DNA of 64,000 bases from Amoeboaphelidium protococcarum X5 (GCA_023515725.1 JALDTO010000266.1:2312217-2376216), one strand, 5' to 3'; shown: positions 22,702-36,400, counted from the first letter of the stretch. The notes: generated from the sequence alone by a model not told the origin. Numbers and translations: made by a program.

Positions 22702-25357
22702 ATGCATTTGACACCTTAGGAACGTGATAAACTTTAGATTTCCTAGATTGCCAAGTTGGCACAGACCAAGTTGTTAAAGAAGAAGCAGTTGAATTACATT
22801 GAGGCTACGGCTCTGATCTGTCATGTACTACTTGGCCACAATCATCTCTCAGTGTCCAAGTTGATGGATATGGGAAGGATTATTCTGGGACCGAAACAAG
22901 TCACTTCTATGGCTATTACCATTGTGAAGGAGATTTAGATTGAAATATGTTTACGTGACGGCGTAAAGTTGGTAACAATTCACGACCCGTTCTAGTGTTT
23001 TACTTTTGAGAATGCCTTTTTCGACTGCCCTGATTTGTATAATGATGATTAATTGCGTGTATGGGTTAGTAGGCTGTAATGGGATTGTCCAGATAATTAG
23101 CCTATTAGAATGCTGGTATAAGATTAGAATGAGTCAAAGGAGGACGATAACAATATTAAGATTATACTCAATGAAGGTTAGAAGCGAGTCCGTATGCGTG
23201 TAGTTAACATGGGAGATCGCGCTGTGCAGGTGGGCTCACATTTTCCATTGCTTGAAGTTAATCCACAGCTTAAACTTAATCGCGCCATTGCATATGATCC
23301 TAGTTCTTTGAGTGGTGAATATGGTCCTTTAAGGCTGGATATTGCGGCTGGTTGTGCCGTCCGCTTTGAACCAGGTGAGGAGAAGTACGTCAACTGTGTC
23401 TCTTACACTGGATAGTACAAGATTATTGAAGGAGGTAATGGTTTAGGGAAATTGGTGTTTGATGGTGGATAGCAGAAGTGGAAAAGACCTGATTTAACAA
23501 CAGTTATGGACAGAGTAGCAGCTGGCGGATTCTTGCATGATGAAACTATACCTCAAGTCGTTGAAGACTAAAATAGAATCTCCAAATCGGATTACTTTGA
23601 AGCGTATGGACCTACAGTTGGATAAAAAATGCGATTAGCAGATACTAATCTCGTCGTTGAGATTGAAAAAGATCTATGTGCCCAGTTTGGTTATGGTGAT
23701 GAATGTGTATTTGGTGGTGGTAAAGGTATACGCGAGGGAATGTGCTAGTGTGGACTGATTAAGAACGACGGGGGTATAGGGATCTTGAAAGATTGCGCCG
23801 AGTGTGATGGTGGACCTCTGGATTTGTGTATAACAAATTGTGTGATTATTGACTATACTGGCATATACAAAGCTGATGTTGGCGTAAAAGATGGTAAGAT
23901 TCGTGCTATTGGAAAAGCTGGTAATCCATCAACAATGAAAGTGTCCCCTGGAATGGTTATAGGCGTTTGTACAGAGATTATGAGTGGCGAGGGAAAGATA
24001 CTGACCGCGGGTGGTATTGATACACATGTTCATTTCATATGTCCGCAGTTGATGGAGACTGCCATTTGCTCCGGTCTTACAACACTCATTGGTGGTGGTA
24101 CTGGAATTAACACGGGGACTTGTGCCACCACATGCACACCAGGCAAGTTTCATATCCGTACAATGCTCCAGGCTATTGATAATTTCCCGCTTAATATTGG
24201 CTTGACAGGCAAAGGAAATTCAAGCTGCATTGACCCACTTATTGAATAGATTGAAGCTGGTGCTATTGGTTTGAAGTTGCACGAAGATTGGGGATCCACA
24301 CCATCTGCAATAGATACTTGCCTGGCGGCGTGTGATAAATATGATGTTCAATGTACCATACATACCGATACTTTGAATGAATCTGGATTCCTAAGTTAAA
24401 CGCTGAAGGCTATTAAAGGGCGCACTATTCATTTCTATCACTCAGAAGGTGCCGGCGGTGGTCATGTACCAGATATCATTGAATGTTGCTCTTTCCCGTA
24501 TGTTATACCTTCCTCAACTAATCCCACCAGGCCATACACTGTGAATACTGTTGATGAACATCTTGATATGTTGATGGTTTGTCATCATTTAAACAAGAAC
24601 ATTCCAGAAGATGTCGCCTTTGCTGAGAGCAGAATTAGAGGTGAGACTATTGGCGCTGAAGATTATCTGCAGGATGTTGGTGCGATAAGTATCATCTCGA
24701 GTGATTCTCAGGCTATGGGACGTATTGGAGAAGTTATAATACGGACTTGGTAAACTGCACACAAGATGAAAGAGGTGTATGGTGAACTTTTGCCGGATGG
24801 CGCGTCTAGTCCTGTAGGCAATGATAATTTCAGAGTAAAACGATATGTAGCCAAATATACTATAAATCCTGCACTTGCTCATGGAGTGGCACACCTTGTT
24901 GGCTCTGTTGAAGTTGGTAAATTGGCAGATCTCGTGTTGTGGAAGCCTGAATTCTTTGGAGTTAAGCCTGAAGTGGTATTTAAGGGCGGTGTTGTTACTT
25001 ACGCGCAAGTTGGCGATCCTAATGCAAGTATACCAACACCACAGCCATCCTTCATGAGGCCCATGTTTGGTGCTAGTCCTAGTGTTGTTTAATCGGGAGA
25101 GAATTCTAACTGCTTGACTTTTGTATCTAAACATTCGCTTCTGGAGGGAGATATTGCAAATAAGTACGGTCTAAAGAAGAAGGTGGTGGCAGTTGAAAAT
25201 TGTCGATCCGTCACCAAGGCTGATATGAAGTTGAACAACTTCACACCAAAGATTGAGGTTGATCCGGAAACATTCCAGGTGAAAGTTGATGGCCAAGTTA
25301 TCCGCGTAGAGCCAACTTCGCGAAGTACCTCTATCTAGCGAGTACTTTATATTTTGA
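22702..25357 (+). CDS. URE1: Urease (eukaryotic gamma-beta-alpha fusion) with an apparent +1 frameshift at ~25321
   Basis: [87 protein letters not shown]. The canonical end [11 protein letters not shown] lies in the +1 frame (TGA 25355-25357). The unshifted frame ends at 25413. Confidence 0.97.
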
Positions 25358-25485
25358 AGAATCACAGTGCTTATTCGAACTATATTCATACTTTCTCTTA
25401 TCCTTAAAAATGAGGCGAAACGTCTTAAATATACATAATGAGAATAGAAGATATACAGTGTATTGTACAGTTATCATGAATTTTA

Positions 25486-26346
25486 TCATTCCTCCGACCG
25501 CTTTTGGGCATCGTCGGCAATTCTCCAAATGTATTTGGCGTAAGTGGGTAGAACGTGAAAATACACTGGATCTTTGATCTCACGGAGCAACTCCACAGGA
25601 TCTTGTTTAATTAGTATCGCGTCTCTAGCACCACCATATATTCCAGCTATTAAATCTCCTGGAAATCTGTAAACTTTACAGTTCAATCCTGCTGCAGCAC
25701 CTTATGGACACTCGGGCGAACCCATGTAGATCAACTTTACTCTATCTCGATGCTACTACAACAGTTGTCTCACTGATGATTGGTCATGTATTAGACGGTT
25801 CAGAACCATGCCACCGTGACTATGTGCGATAAAATCCACTTCCGTGTACTGATCATCATGTAAAATTTCACTCAAGATTTGCTCCAACTATTGCTTGTGT
25901 CGACTCACAACAGACAGAGCTTTAAGGGTCAGATAAGCGCGAAATGTCAAAAAGAAGTCTCCCACCAGTTAGAATAAGGATCCCTTAGCCTTTTTTGCCA
26001 AATAGCAGAATGAGGATATTACAAAAATTAATGCTGTGCCTTGTATCACGCCCTTCGATAGATACTCGCGGTACTTGCCGGCGAGCAAAAGCAAATTGCC
26101 ACTTGTTTCAATCAACATATCATTCATCAAGAACCAAACTTTATACGGTATTGTGTCATTGGGTACAAGGTACACTTCATCATAGACATCATGTCGCAAC
26201 AATGAGTCAATAACTGTCATATCGATGAACTTTTTACGTTCATCAATTGAAAAAATGCCATTGATCAAAATGCAAGCCCTCTTGCCTTTGCCCGAGTCTT
26301 CCCGTTTAGGATGAACCGAACACCTGGTGAATTTCTACACTTTCAT
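25486..26346 (-). CDS. Alpha/beta-hydrolase (lipase/esterase-like)
   Basis: 287 codons. ILINGI, nucleophile elbow FIAHSHGGMV, LIYMGSP, GDLI and a late His (YFHVL). Confidence 0.65.
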
Positions 26347-26654
26347 TACTACTTTACTAAAGTGTCTTAAACAAAAGGATAAGGCGAAAAATCCATTATG
26401 TCATGAGTTAGTTGTGCTGTATCACCTAAGCGTAAACATATTGTGATTCATCCAGATCTGCTCTGTCACAGACGAACCCCGTTATCATGAACGCGCGCTA
26501 GAACTTGAAATCTTACTGCATGTTGAATGCTCAAAGGTAAAAATTGATTAAGACTGTAGGAGAAAATTATATTCCTTTGCACATTAAAATCATCTGTGTC
26601 TTTCTTGTTAACCAGTAGGAGTAGATTGATCTCAGTCAATTTAGCGAAAATGCA

Positions 26655-28340
26655 TCAGTACATCACACTAGCGTTTAAATAACGAGCGCGCTTGGGATCC
26701 AACTCGTGTAATCTTTTGTACAGACGCTTCCAAAACTAACTGCGCCCACCTCTAATATAGTTTGGAGTCATGAACCAAGAAGTAGGAGTGATAAATTACT
26801 CTTTAAAGGTCTCAGTCCTGAAACGCCTCTTAAAAGAGTAATCTTCAATACTGTAGGAGCAGATGTACGGGCCACCATAAATTGAGAAATTGATGTGATC
26901 AATAGAGTGCAGCACCGTATGAGAGAAGAAACTAGACAGCAAATGTTCCAGTCCAATGGCGCGCAATTCTTCTTTGCAGATCTGGCGCGCTTTATTCAGC
27001 CACTGTACAAATGGTTTGTGAGACATGGTGACTAGTCCTTGATGAGTAAACGCAGCCCAGTTTTTGCCTTCTTCAATCACAGATTCTCGCTCAGCAATCG
27101 TGTAATTCAACCAAGATTGTCCAGTCTGAGGATCAATGTGGTATACTCCTTCAGAATCCATGATAGCGCTAGAGATGGGAGAGACGTTAAGTGTGAGCAG
27201 GGCCCGATGCAAAGCCTCGGTGGTTATTGCAACCTCCGGTTTCAGCTCCTTCTGCACAATTTCTTTAATCTCGGGCGACAGATTAGCGTTTCCGTTTGGC
27301 TCGTCGATAATGTTCAGAAACGTTGAGCTGGCGACATGGATCTTGGTGTGGTGGGAGAAGGAGCCATACATGCTCAGCACAGACATCATGACTCTGTAAT
27401 CCTTAGTCTCGGCTCCATTAACCACAAAGGATAGCACTTTTTCATCATTAAATAGCATTTTAAAGCTTCTGAACTGAGTCTTGGTTTCAAAGAGATTGAC
27501 TTTAAACAGAGGAACATCTACCAAGTACTTGGCGTCCGGGAAGTTTACTAGATCGCGATTGGGTTAAACAAGCAGGACTAGAGCTGTATTTTCAACCAAT
27601 CCAATGACAGCTTTATCATCAGGCATCTTGGAAAATATCAGGGTTCTAAACAAGGATTTAATGATACGACTCGGCCATTGCAGAGTGTACTGGAGGCCAG
27701 TTGTACTGCTGAACGCTCTGATCTTCTTCAGAGTAGGAGTAAATACCAATCCTTGATAACCAGAGCTTTCCAGTCGCTGCTTACTCATTAATGGATCATT
27801 GACATAACGTTATCCATTGATGATCTATTCTCCATTCGCAGTTACAGTAGCTTGAATATCTATCACAGGAGACTGTTAAGTGTTCTTCCTGAGAGTGTCA
27901 CGATCTGGTGTAGATGCCGTCGATGCCATGTTGGGTAACAGCCCAATAGTGCTCACATCGCTTGGTCTTCTAGCACTATTTGTGTCATCGCTTATACGAG
28001 TCAAGTCTTTTACATGCACAGGAGGAGGGGTGTGTGAACCATGAGGACTGTTATCATCAGATGAACCTTGATACAGCACCACATCGGCACTGACAGCATG
28101 CTTGGTGACAAGGCTTGTATCACTGAGCCCCTATACCTTATATAGAGCCTTTTCCTCTCCATATTGTAGCTTTGCAGGCGCTATACCATTGCTTTTAAGC
28201 ACCGGGCCAGTTTCTCCTATCATCTCGGCTGTTTGTAAAACAGACTTGGGACGCTCATCCCGCGCATCGATGAAGATCTTCTGTTGATCCTTCGGCAATC
28301 CCGCGTGAAAGTTTGAACTATGTTTCACAATTTGTGCCAT
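26655..28340 (-). CDS. Hypothetical protein, possibly a divergent lipoxygenase-like metalloprotein
   Basis: 562-codon ORF joining four ORF-track fragments. His motifs SHHTKIH and HTVLHSIDH. C-terminus LDPKRARYLNASVMY*. Confidence 0.75.
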
Positions 28341-28797
28341 GCTGATTGAAACAACGATTATGAATTAGTTAGATAATTTACTATAGATAACAATGTCGTT
28401 TAATTCCAAAAGACTTTGAAATGTTGAAATTGAGATATAAATATAGTCACTTGGCATCATTATCACCAGCGTAAAAGCGGGGAGCTCAGTGATTGGACCG
28501 TTATGAACACCAAGAATTCCAGGCCTTGGTCATGAACAATCATTATTTCCAGAAGTCTGTTCTTATACATACTTGTTATTGGAGCACTATATTGCATTAC
28601 TCTGACTACACGAAGTAGACGATTATTCCTAAAACAATTGCAAACTTAATCAGAATTATTTATGCTCTCATGAATTTCAATTCATGTTAGTCTTACGCGG
28701 CGCGCTGTTCATCACTTTGTGATCAGGCCCTTTTCTCTCAGCTATTAACTTTTAACTGCAAATCATTAAGCCTTGACAATTACCGTTAACATACAAT

Positions 28798-29540
28798 ATG
28801 ACTTCAAGCACTGTGTTAATAACTGGCGCCAATAAAGGAATCGGTCTTAGCCTAGCAAAGCAATTTAAATCCAAAGGTAAGCTTGTTACGTTGCATCGTC
28901 CGCTGTCATTACATCATCGACCGATGCCGCATTCATTGTAGGTTGGAATGTTCTGGGAACTGCACGTAAGCCGGATGACGCGCTCGAGTTGAAGTAGCTG
29001 GCACATTAAGTTTACAAATTGGATGTGTCAGATTTCTAGTCTATCAAGCAGCTAGCGGAATAACTGAAGGATGTCAAGATTGATTTGCTGATCAATAATG
29101 CCGGCGTCTATAACAAGAGTGATCTAGAAAAGTCAGAGTGGAATGACATGCTGATGGAGTATCAGGTGAATGCTTTAGGCCCGTTCTTTGTGTCTAGAGA
29201 GTTGCGCCCTAGTCTGATGAAAGCTGAGAAGCCGCACATTGTGAATATGACCTCTCGTATGGGTAGTGTGCAGGACAACTCCAGCGGCAAGTCTTATGGG
29301 TACCGTGCTTCAAAGTCTGCGTTGAATGCTCTTACCAAGTCTTGGAGCATCGATGTGCCAGAGATTCCTGTTCTGTTAACACATCCCGGGTTTATTCAGA
29401 CTGGTATGACTCAAGGTCGCGGAGAAATGGCTCCAGATGAGTGCGCTGAGAAGTTGATGATAGTTTATATGGATTTCCTGAATGGCAAGCACAAGACTGG
29501 CTAGTTCTTACACCGCGATGGCTATGAGCTACCATGGTGA
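28798..29540 (+). CDS. Short-chain dehydrogenase/reductase (CsgA/C-factor-like), intron 28877-28941
   Basis: VLITGANKGIG, LINNAG, NMTSRMGS, YRASK (YxxxK), HPGFIQT. Confidence 0.95.
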
Positions 29541-29662
29541 GTATATCGAACTGTCATCATCAATCCTAATTGAAGTTATTGCGATTATTACTATCATGAA
29601 CGAGCGAGATAATATAACAATAATAAAAATGAAACAATTTGTATTTCCACATTCTCAATTAA

Positions 29663-32600
29663 TCATCTCACTAAAGTGATAATCTAGTTCCTGTAAATGA
29701 GCTAAACCACAGGACTTATAGTTGATAGGATTGCACACACGACACTGATACCAATAACTAGAAGAAATATGTCAATTGGGAAAAAGAACTCCAGAGGTAC
29801 CTGTGTCATCACTGATCTTTGCGCAGCCATTGACCAACCCATGACAACACCTATCAGAGTGCCCAATATCGCTGAAGACATGATAAGCACAAAGGACTCG
29901 TATGTGTACAAGCGCAGCATCTCGTGTCTTGTCAGTCCGAGGGATCGCAATACTCCAATCTCCTTCCTCTACTCCATGATATTCGTAAATACACTACTAT
30001 TTAAACTGAAAAACGCCACCACCATTGATACCAGTGTTATCAATAAGAATATGTAACGCAGTGTGTTCTACGCACTTATAATTCCAGCTAACTAGTCTTT
30101 CAGTGTAGTTACCGATTCAAAAGTCACCAAATTATTCAACTCTCGAACTATTCGCTAATACGCGCCATCTGAAATGTTTCCAGCCAGTTTAATTATCATA
30201 TTTTGAATCGGAATCTAATCCACAGACGTAAAAGTATCATTCATCAGCAAAAGATAATTTGTAAAGGATGTAAGAACATCCAACGATGGACTGGAAGGGA
30301 ACTGACTAAACGCAAAGTATGGCGCAGAGTTGACAAAAGCTAGAGTCTCTGATACCAGTCGTCTCTCTTTTCTTTACGTACCATCTTGATAGGAGGCACG
30401 AAGTAGGTATGGATCTGTGAATGACTAGAGATTAAGATGAGTCTGTAACTGCGTTCCTAGTGGGTATGAGTAAGAACCAGCAAGTGTGTACAACCTCTCA
30501 CCAAGAGTAAGCTTATTCAGTGAGGCATTCTCCGATGAAATCAGCAAATAAGAAGAGTCTAAAGAGCTGAATGCACTAGGAGATACGGCATAATAGTTCT
30601 AACTCTGGTCCACAGTCTTGCCAATATTACTAACAGAGGTTGATTTCCATGTATTGTTCACCTGAGATGGTTAGAAAGTGACGCAAAAGTAACCATCAAT
30701 GTTTTCGCGCTAATCATCAATATAAGCTGCAATTTCAGGCATATTCACAATTCCAAACGGAATACCTCTGCTGTCTACATAGCTGGCACCGACATCAATG
30801 CGTATATCGCCATTGAACCGGGCTATGGTCTGATAGATCAGCGACTACAGTTCAATCTATATGGCCACCGTAAGGAAAATGATGAATCCTAGAGCCAGTG
30901 CGTACATAATAGATGTCTTGCGATTACGAAGACGATGAGATAGCAAATTCTTCAGCACCAAGATAGACATTCCTCGATTCTCAAACCACAGACAGATAAA
31001 CAAGACAAACACAATCCCTTTCTCCAGCAGCGGCTGGATGTTCAAAGATAACATGACAAGGCCCAGTAGCATTCCCACTAATAACACCAAAAATATATTA
31101 AACAGCAAGGCAATATTCTGAGTGATTAAAGCCAGAGGTAGAAAGTAATAAATGACGAATCCAAAAACAGTCAAAAGAATGCCAGTACTTAGAGCTGCAA
31201 GGGGTACTCTGCCTGCAGATGCCCGTTCTATAGTTACAACTACCGCTTACACTTTGGACCTCCTAGTATCAAGAGCATCATGCAAATTACCAGTAAGAGC
31301 ATTGCGTATTGGTAGAATGGCAGCCAAAATAGGAACAACTAAACCAACAACAGTTGCAACCACTATAGATGCGCCCGAGAGATACGGACCAACATCAGCA
31401 TTGATCATCTGGGCCATTAGCGCTTTAAATCCGAGCCATACAAGCTAACTCACAATCAGGCCGAGAACCCAAGCAGGTAGCGCGTACAGAATCGCTTAAG
31501 TAAGTATCAAGGACACAACTCCAATCTTGGTCATACCAACCATTCTGAATATACCATACTCGAACGTCTTTGTCTCTACCGATACCATCAGTAGACTGTA
31601 GATTAGGAATACACTCAGGCCGCCCAGGATGAGGAATACAATACCAAATATAAGATTGAGAAAAGCAGAGAATATATTGGTCTTCTTAAGATTACTGAGA
31701 AGAGATAGGTTGGACTGTACTTGAGTGAATCCAGCAGCATAAACGATATCAGATGCCCAGCCGATGATATTTTGGGCAATTTCATTATAAGAGGAACTCA
31801 GATAACAACCCACTCTATAACTGGAGCAAGCGAAGTACACATCCGTAATCTCTTGACTCTATTGTTTCGTGGTAGAAGCATTCCTAAAGCCAGCGAAAAC
31901 TGCCTGTGGATATTTAGGTGAAAGATGCTGGCTCACCATATCCAGAACTGTATCAAACTCTATGAACAAGGAATTTGTAACAGCCTACTTCAACTTACCA
32001 AGATTTGACGGAATAACATCTTAAACTCTGACTGGAATGTTGACTTGCGCGTCCTAAAATGTGAAATTAGATTGTAGAGACACTTGATCCATGGTAACCG
32101 GAAGGAGATCGTTCAAGCTGAAGGATAGGAACAGAAAATCACCAGGTTAGATGTTGCCCAGAAGTGCGGCTAGATCATTATGAATCAAGACTGCATCAGA
32201 AGGTATCACGCCGTAATTCCAACCACGACCAATACCCAATTCAGCCTCCCGTTTAGAGTCAATCACATTGATGTTACCAAATTGTCTGACTGAACAAAGC
32301 GCGTTAATACACCTGCTAGCACTATTTCTGCATGCAGTATTAATAGATGCAGATGGGAACGTACCTCCAGTGTAGGTGAAATTACTCTCATACGCTCGCT
32401 CCTAATCGAAACCAGTACATGAACTGGCTCTGTACACAACCGGCTAAATTCCCATAATCCGAGGAGTATGTAGATCCGTGACACCTTGCACAGATTACGC
32501 AACTTTTGTGTAATTAAGTCTATTATATTGTGACCAGTAGGCAGAGTAAATGTTCGTGTCAACCTCGCCAGACTGTGCTTCAGACAGGGTAAGAAATACA

Positions 32601-33097
32601 ACCGGAGAATATGAAATGGCAGTCAGTAGAATAGAAATCATAACTACAACCACAAACACAGACGTACATCCGAGACAGAATTAGAATTTGTTCAACCTAG
32701 CCTCCCTAACGGCATACCGTACATTGAGCCGCATCATTCCAGTTACTGAATTTAGACGTTTGTTGGCGGGGGATATCCTAACTATATTTTTAGTCTTTTT
32801 ATCATCCATACTTTAAGACTCGTCCAGTTGCAATTGAGTACCAAGCTATGATTACTCCTAATGCAGAGATGAATTCAACTTATCCACGGTTTAGTCTTTT
32901 TAACTCTATGACGATGAAGCCGCATTATAGTCAGAAGTAGATTAATCACTATTCTCACTTCTCTTACTACCAGCACTACTACTACTACCATTAGAATCGG
33001 ACACATTCGTACTAATCTGTCGCAAGTCTTGCATCTAAATGGGAGTCATTGCAAGGGATGGGACTTATTATTTCTTCTGCTTTTATTTCTAGTTCAT
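29663..33097 (-). CDS. FtsX/MacB-type permease with two permease halves
   Basis: 1145 codons. LIYSLLMVSVETKTFEYGIFRMVG, RNRKTSIMYALALGFIIF, KEIGVLRSLGL...YTYESFVL. Confidence 0.88.
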
Positions 33098-33683
33098 AGA
33101 ATCCTCTTCTGAAAATTATTATTATTACTATTGTGATAGAATAAAGAGTAATCCCAGTCACACTGAATATAATAGTAAAAAACTGATAGAAATAAATGAA
33201 TAAGTCGTCACAATTACCAGTCGTGAACAATTAATTCACAAAAAATGAGAGAGGAAGCTTTGTTCAAGAAAGCACGGCAACAAACGGCAGGAATATTGAT
33301 GATGATGATGTATGATTATCAGACTTTTGATCAGGCGAGGAAGGATAAATTTGGAGAGATTGACTCTACGCGGGGCTGAAACAGGTCGCCTCCCTCCCAT
33401 CTAAATTTCAATTTTCTCTGACAATCGCCGTGCCATCGATCATAACAGCACTATATATCACACATCACTATGCTCATTGATTCATTGAAAGGATAGACTA
33501 TCATAAGGTTTTTTTGTCGTGTTTGATTTACAGTATATTCATGACCAGTATAAATTATGCTCTAGATTGTGTTAGTAAGCTAAATCCAACTTTCTATTGA
33601 GCGCGATCGGCCGTTCTGTCGATCTTCTTCTTTCCAGATGGTTGGTTGGGATTTTGCATTAAAAATAATAACGGCAAGTCTAA

Positions 33684-34940
33684 ATGAGTATGGACGATAT
33701 TCCATTGTTGGAACCCATCTAGTAAGACGATATATCAATTAATGTTGAAGTTGAAGAGTAAATTCCTGTGACTGTTATTACTGGCTACTTGGGTGCTGGT
33801 AAAACGTCTTTTCTTGGACACATCTTGACATCTGTTGGCAATCAGAAGAGAATCGCCGTAATATTAAATGATGTCGGAGATGCGCGTGATATTGAACGCG
33901 ATATGCTCCTACATACTATTGTACAGTCTAGAGTTATTGGGTAAGAGTATAGGCCAGATATTGACGGCGAAGGTACCGACCTCGCTGATGAGAATCTGGC
34001 TTAAGAAAGTTCCACTTCCACAGCCATAGCAGACCCGCAATCGGTACTTGAGGATTGGGTGGAATTAAGAAATGGATGTCTATGTTGCAGTTTAAAGAAT
34101 GCTTCAGTGGCAGCACTGGAAGCTATGGTTATAAAGTCTCGGCAAAAGCCAACTAGTAGTGATGGTGATCAGAGGCCCATTGAGCATGTTGTGATTGAAT
34201 GTTCCGGTCTTGTAGATCCCACAGTGGTTGCATCAATGCTTTGGATAGATGATGCTCTCAGCTCTGCCTTGAAATTGAATGGTGTAGTTTGTGTGGTGGA
34301 TGCTCAGTAGGTGATAAAGTTGGTCGATGGTGATAAGGATGGATCCCTGATGAGGCCTGAAGTGGAATGGCTGCGATAAATTGCCACTGCGGACCTTTTA
34401 CTGCTGAATAAGATTGATAAGATTGCTTCTACAGATGGTTAAAAAATTGTGTAGGCGCGTAAAAAATTAGCAGAATTGAATGGCTTGTGTGATATTGTGG
34501 AGTGTTAATTTGGAAAGATTGATCTTGATGCGATGTTCAATTTAAATGCTTATGATAATAACGCAGTCCATATGCCGGAGAAATATACTCAATAAGACGT
34601 TCAGCAGTAATAGAGACATGCTCAAGATGTCGTCACTATTCATCTTGATGATAAGACAGATTAAGCGATAAGGAAGAGTAAATTTGAGTAATGGATTGAG
34701 AACGCGTTATGGGAAAGTAATTTTGATATATTCCGTGCCAAAGGTGTTGTATTTGTATAAGAAGACCCCTCTAATTAATATGTTCTACAAGCTGTGGGCT
34801 AGACTTATGAACTTAAAGAGTCATTGCCTTGGAGGACTTCTGAAGGATAACAGCCACTGACGCGTCTAATGATTGTTGGCCGCTTATCAGATCATTAATA
34901 ATCGGCTCTATAAGAGTCCTTTTAGACATTGTTTGAATGA
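33684..34940 (+). CDS. ZNG1: CobW/COG0523 Zn-metallochaperone GTPase (ZNG1/CBWD)
   Basis: PVTVITGYLGAGKT, AVILND, ELRNGCLCCS, IECSGLVDP, VVDA, LLNKID, IFRAKG, LQAV. Confidence 0.93.
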
Positions 34941-35174
34941 TCTGTTATAGTTCATGGGAGTCATGTATCATGATCAAGTGCATTGATTGCATTGCGTTCA
35001 AACTCTATAAATCTTATCCTCTTCTTCTAAGTTGATACTCTCTCTCTCTGCAGTAAATCTTATTTAATAGTCTCATTTTAGTCTAATCTCATTCTTTATT
35101 CCACCATCAATCGCCTTGTAAATTGTTTTTACATTGACTCTTTCATCATCATCAATCAGTCGAACCATCGACAA

Positions 35175-36400
35175 ATGAAGAAGGTGTAATGTCCTTTAAA
35201 TGGAATAAGTGGCTATTCGGTAATTTAATATTATCGCTGATTAAGTCTAATAACATGTTTTCGATTATAACTGTGTAGATTTAGTTTAGTCCTTATAATG
35301 CTAATGATTTTATAGTGTGCGGCGGAAGTAATTTTGGTATAAGTGGAAGCGGTGCCATGTCTCTTTATAGAATAGACCAAAGTAATACTATAGGCGGCGG
35401 TGGATATGGGTAGATTAGTCTGTTGAAGAGTGTCGAGTTTAGCGATTGTGTATTCGATTGCAGATGGAGTGAACTGTCGGATGGTCATATGCTGGCTGCG
35501 TGTGGAGATGGATCGGTGGTGTTGGTTGACATGAGCATGTTGAACGTGTCACAGACCAAGGTGATTATGCGATGGTAGGAGCATATAAAGGAGGTGTTTT
35601 GCGTGGACTGGTCCTCTGCGGATAAGAGTAAATTTTTGAGTAGTTCCTGGGATGGTTCAGTTAAAGTTTACGATGTGAATAGTCCCCAGTCTATTGGCAC
35701 GTATTAATTGAATGTACCCGCTTCTGGTGGTGGCAGTGGCGGATAATAAATGCCAGTTAATGACGCGTCTATTGGCTGTATATACTCGGCCAAGTTCTCG
35801 CCTCACAATCCTCATATATTTCTATCTTGTGCAGGTCCTCCAGTGTTGGCTGAGTAGCAGTCTTAGTATCTTCCACCAATACAATACACCTCCTCTGATA
35901 TAGTGATGATCGACATGCGGATTCCACCGTCAGAAGTATAATCAGTCGTATGTAGATTACCGAGTCCTCACATGGGAGGTGAAGTTTTGGATTTGGATTG
36001 GAACAAATATGATAACAATCTCATAGCATCCGTAGGCACTGGTGCAAACCATTCGGTATGTATCTGGGATATGCGAATGTTGATACAGCAGCGATAGGCG
36101 GCAGCACAAGATCCTTTTATGATGAATATGACACAGAATAGCCTGGTCAGAGCTATGCCTGGTCATTAGCTGCCTGCGCGAAGAGTGAAATGGTCTCCGC
36201 ATAAGAGAAATGTCGTTGCCTCCGTCGGTTATGATATGACTTTGCGCGTGTGGAATACATCCATGGAGGTGCCTTGTATTTATACTGAACAATCACATTC
36301 TGAATTTGTGTTTGGTGTCGATTTCAACTTGTTTAAAGATGGTGAAATTGCCACTTGCTCTTGGGATTAGTCTGCTTTAGTTTAATAGCTGACAATCTGA
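35175..36400 (+). CDS. PEX7: PTS2 receptor Pex7 (WD40), intron 35220-35278
   Basis: GYSIQFSPY, SNFGISGSG, FDCRWSE, CGDGSV, EHIKEVFCVDW, SSSWDGSVK, EVLDLDWNKY, VKWSPH, SVGYDMT, HSEFVFGVDF, TCSWD. Confidence 0.93.

Noticed and set aside
24589-25134. Long antisense or alternate-frame ORFs in the track (e.g. 24589-25134, 39056-39758, 56036-56497)
   Set aside because: They are shadows of well-supported genes and carry no motifs.
25315-25325. Programmed ribosomal frameshift in urease as the primary explanation
   Set aside because: No recognisable slippery site or stimulatory element; an indel is more parsimonious.
33684-34940. CobW gene as the urease accessory GTPase UreG
   Set aside because: The GCLCC motif and CobW C-terminal domain identify COG0523/ZNG1, not UreG.
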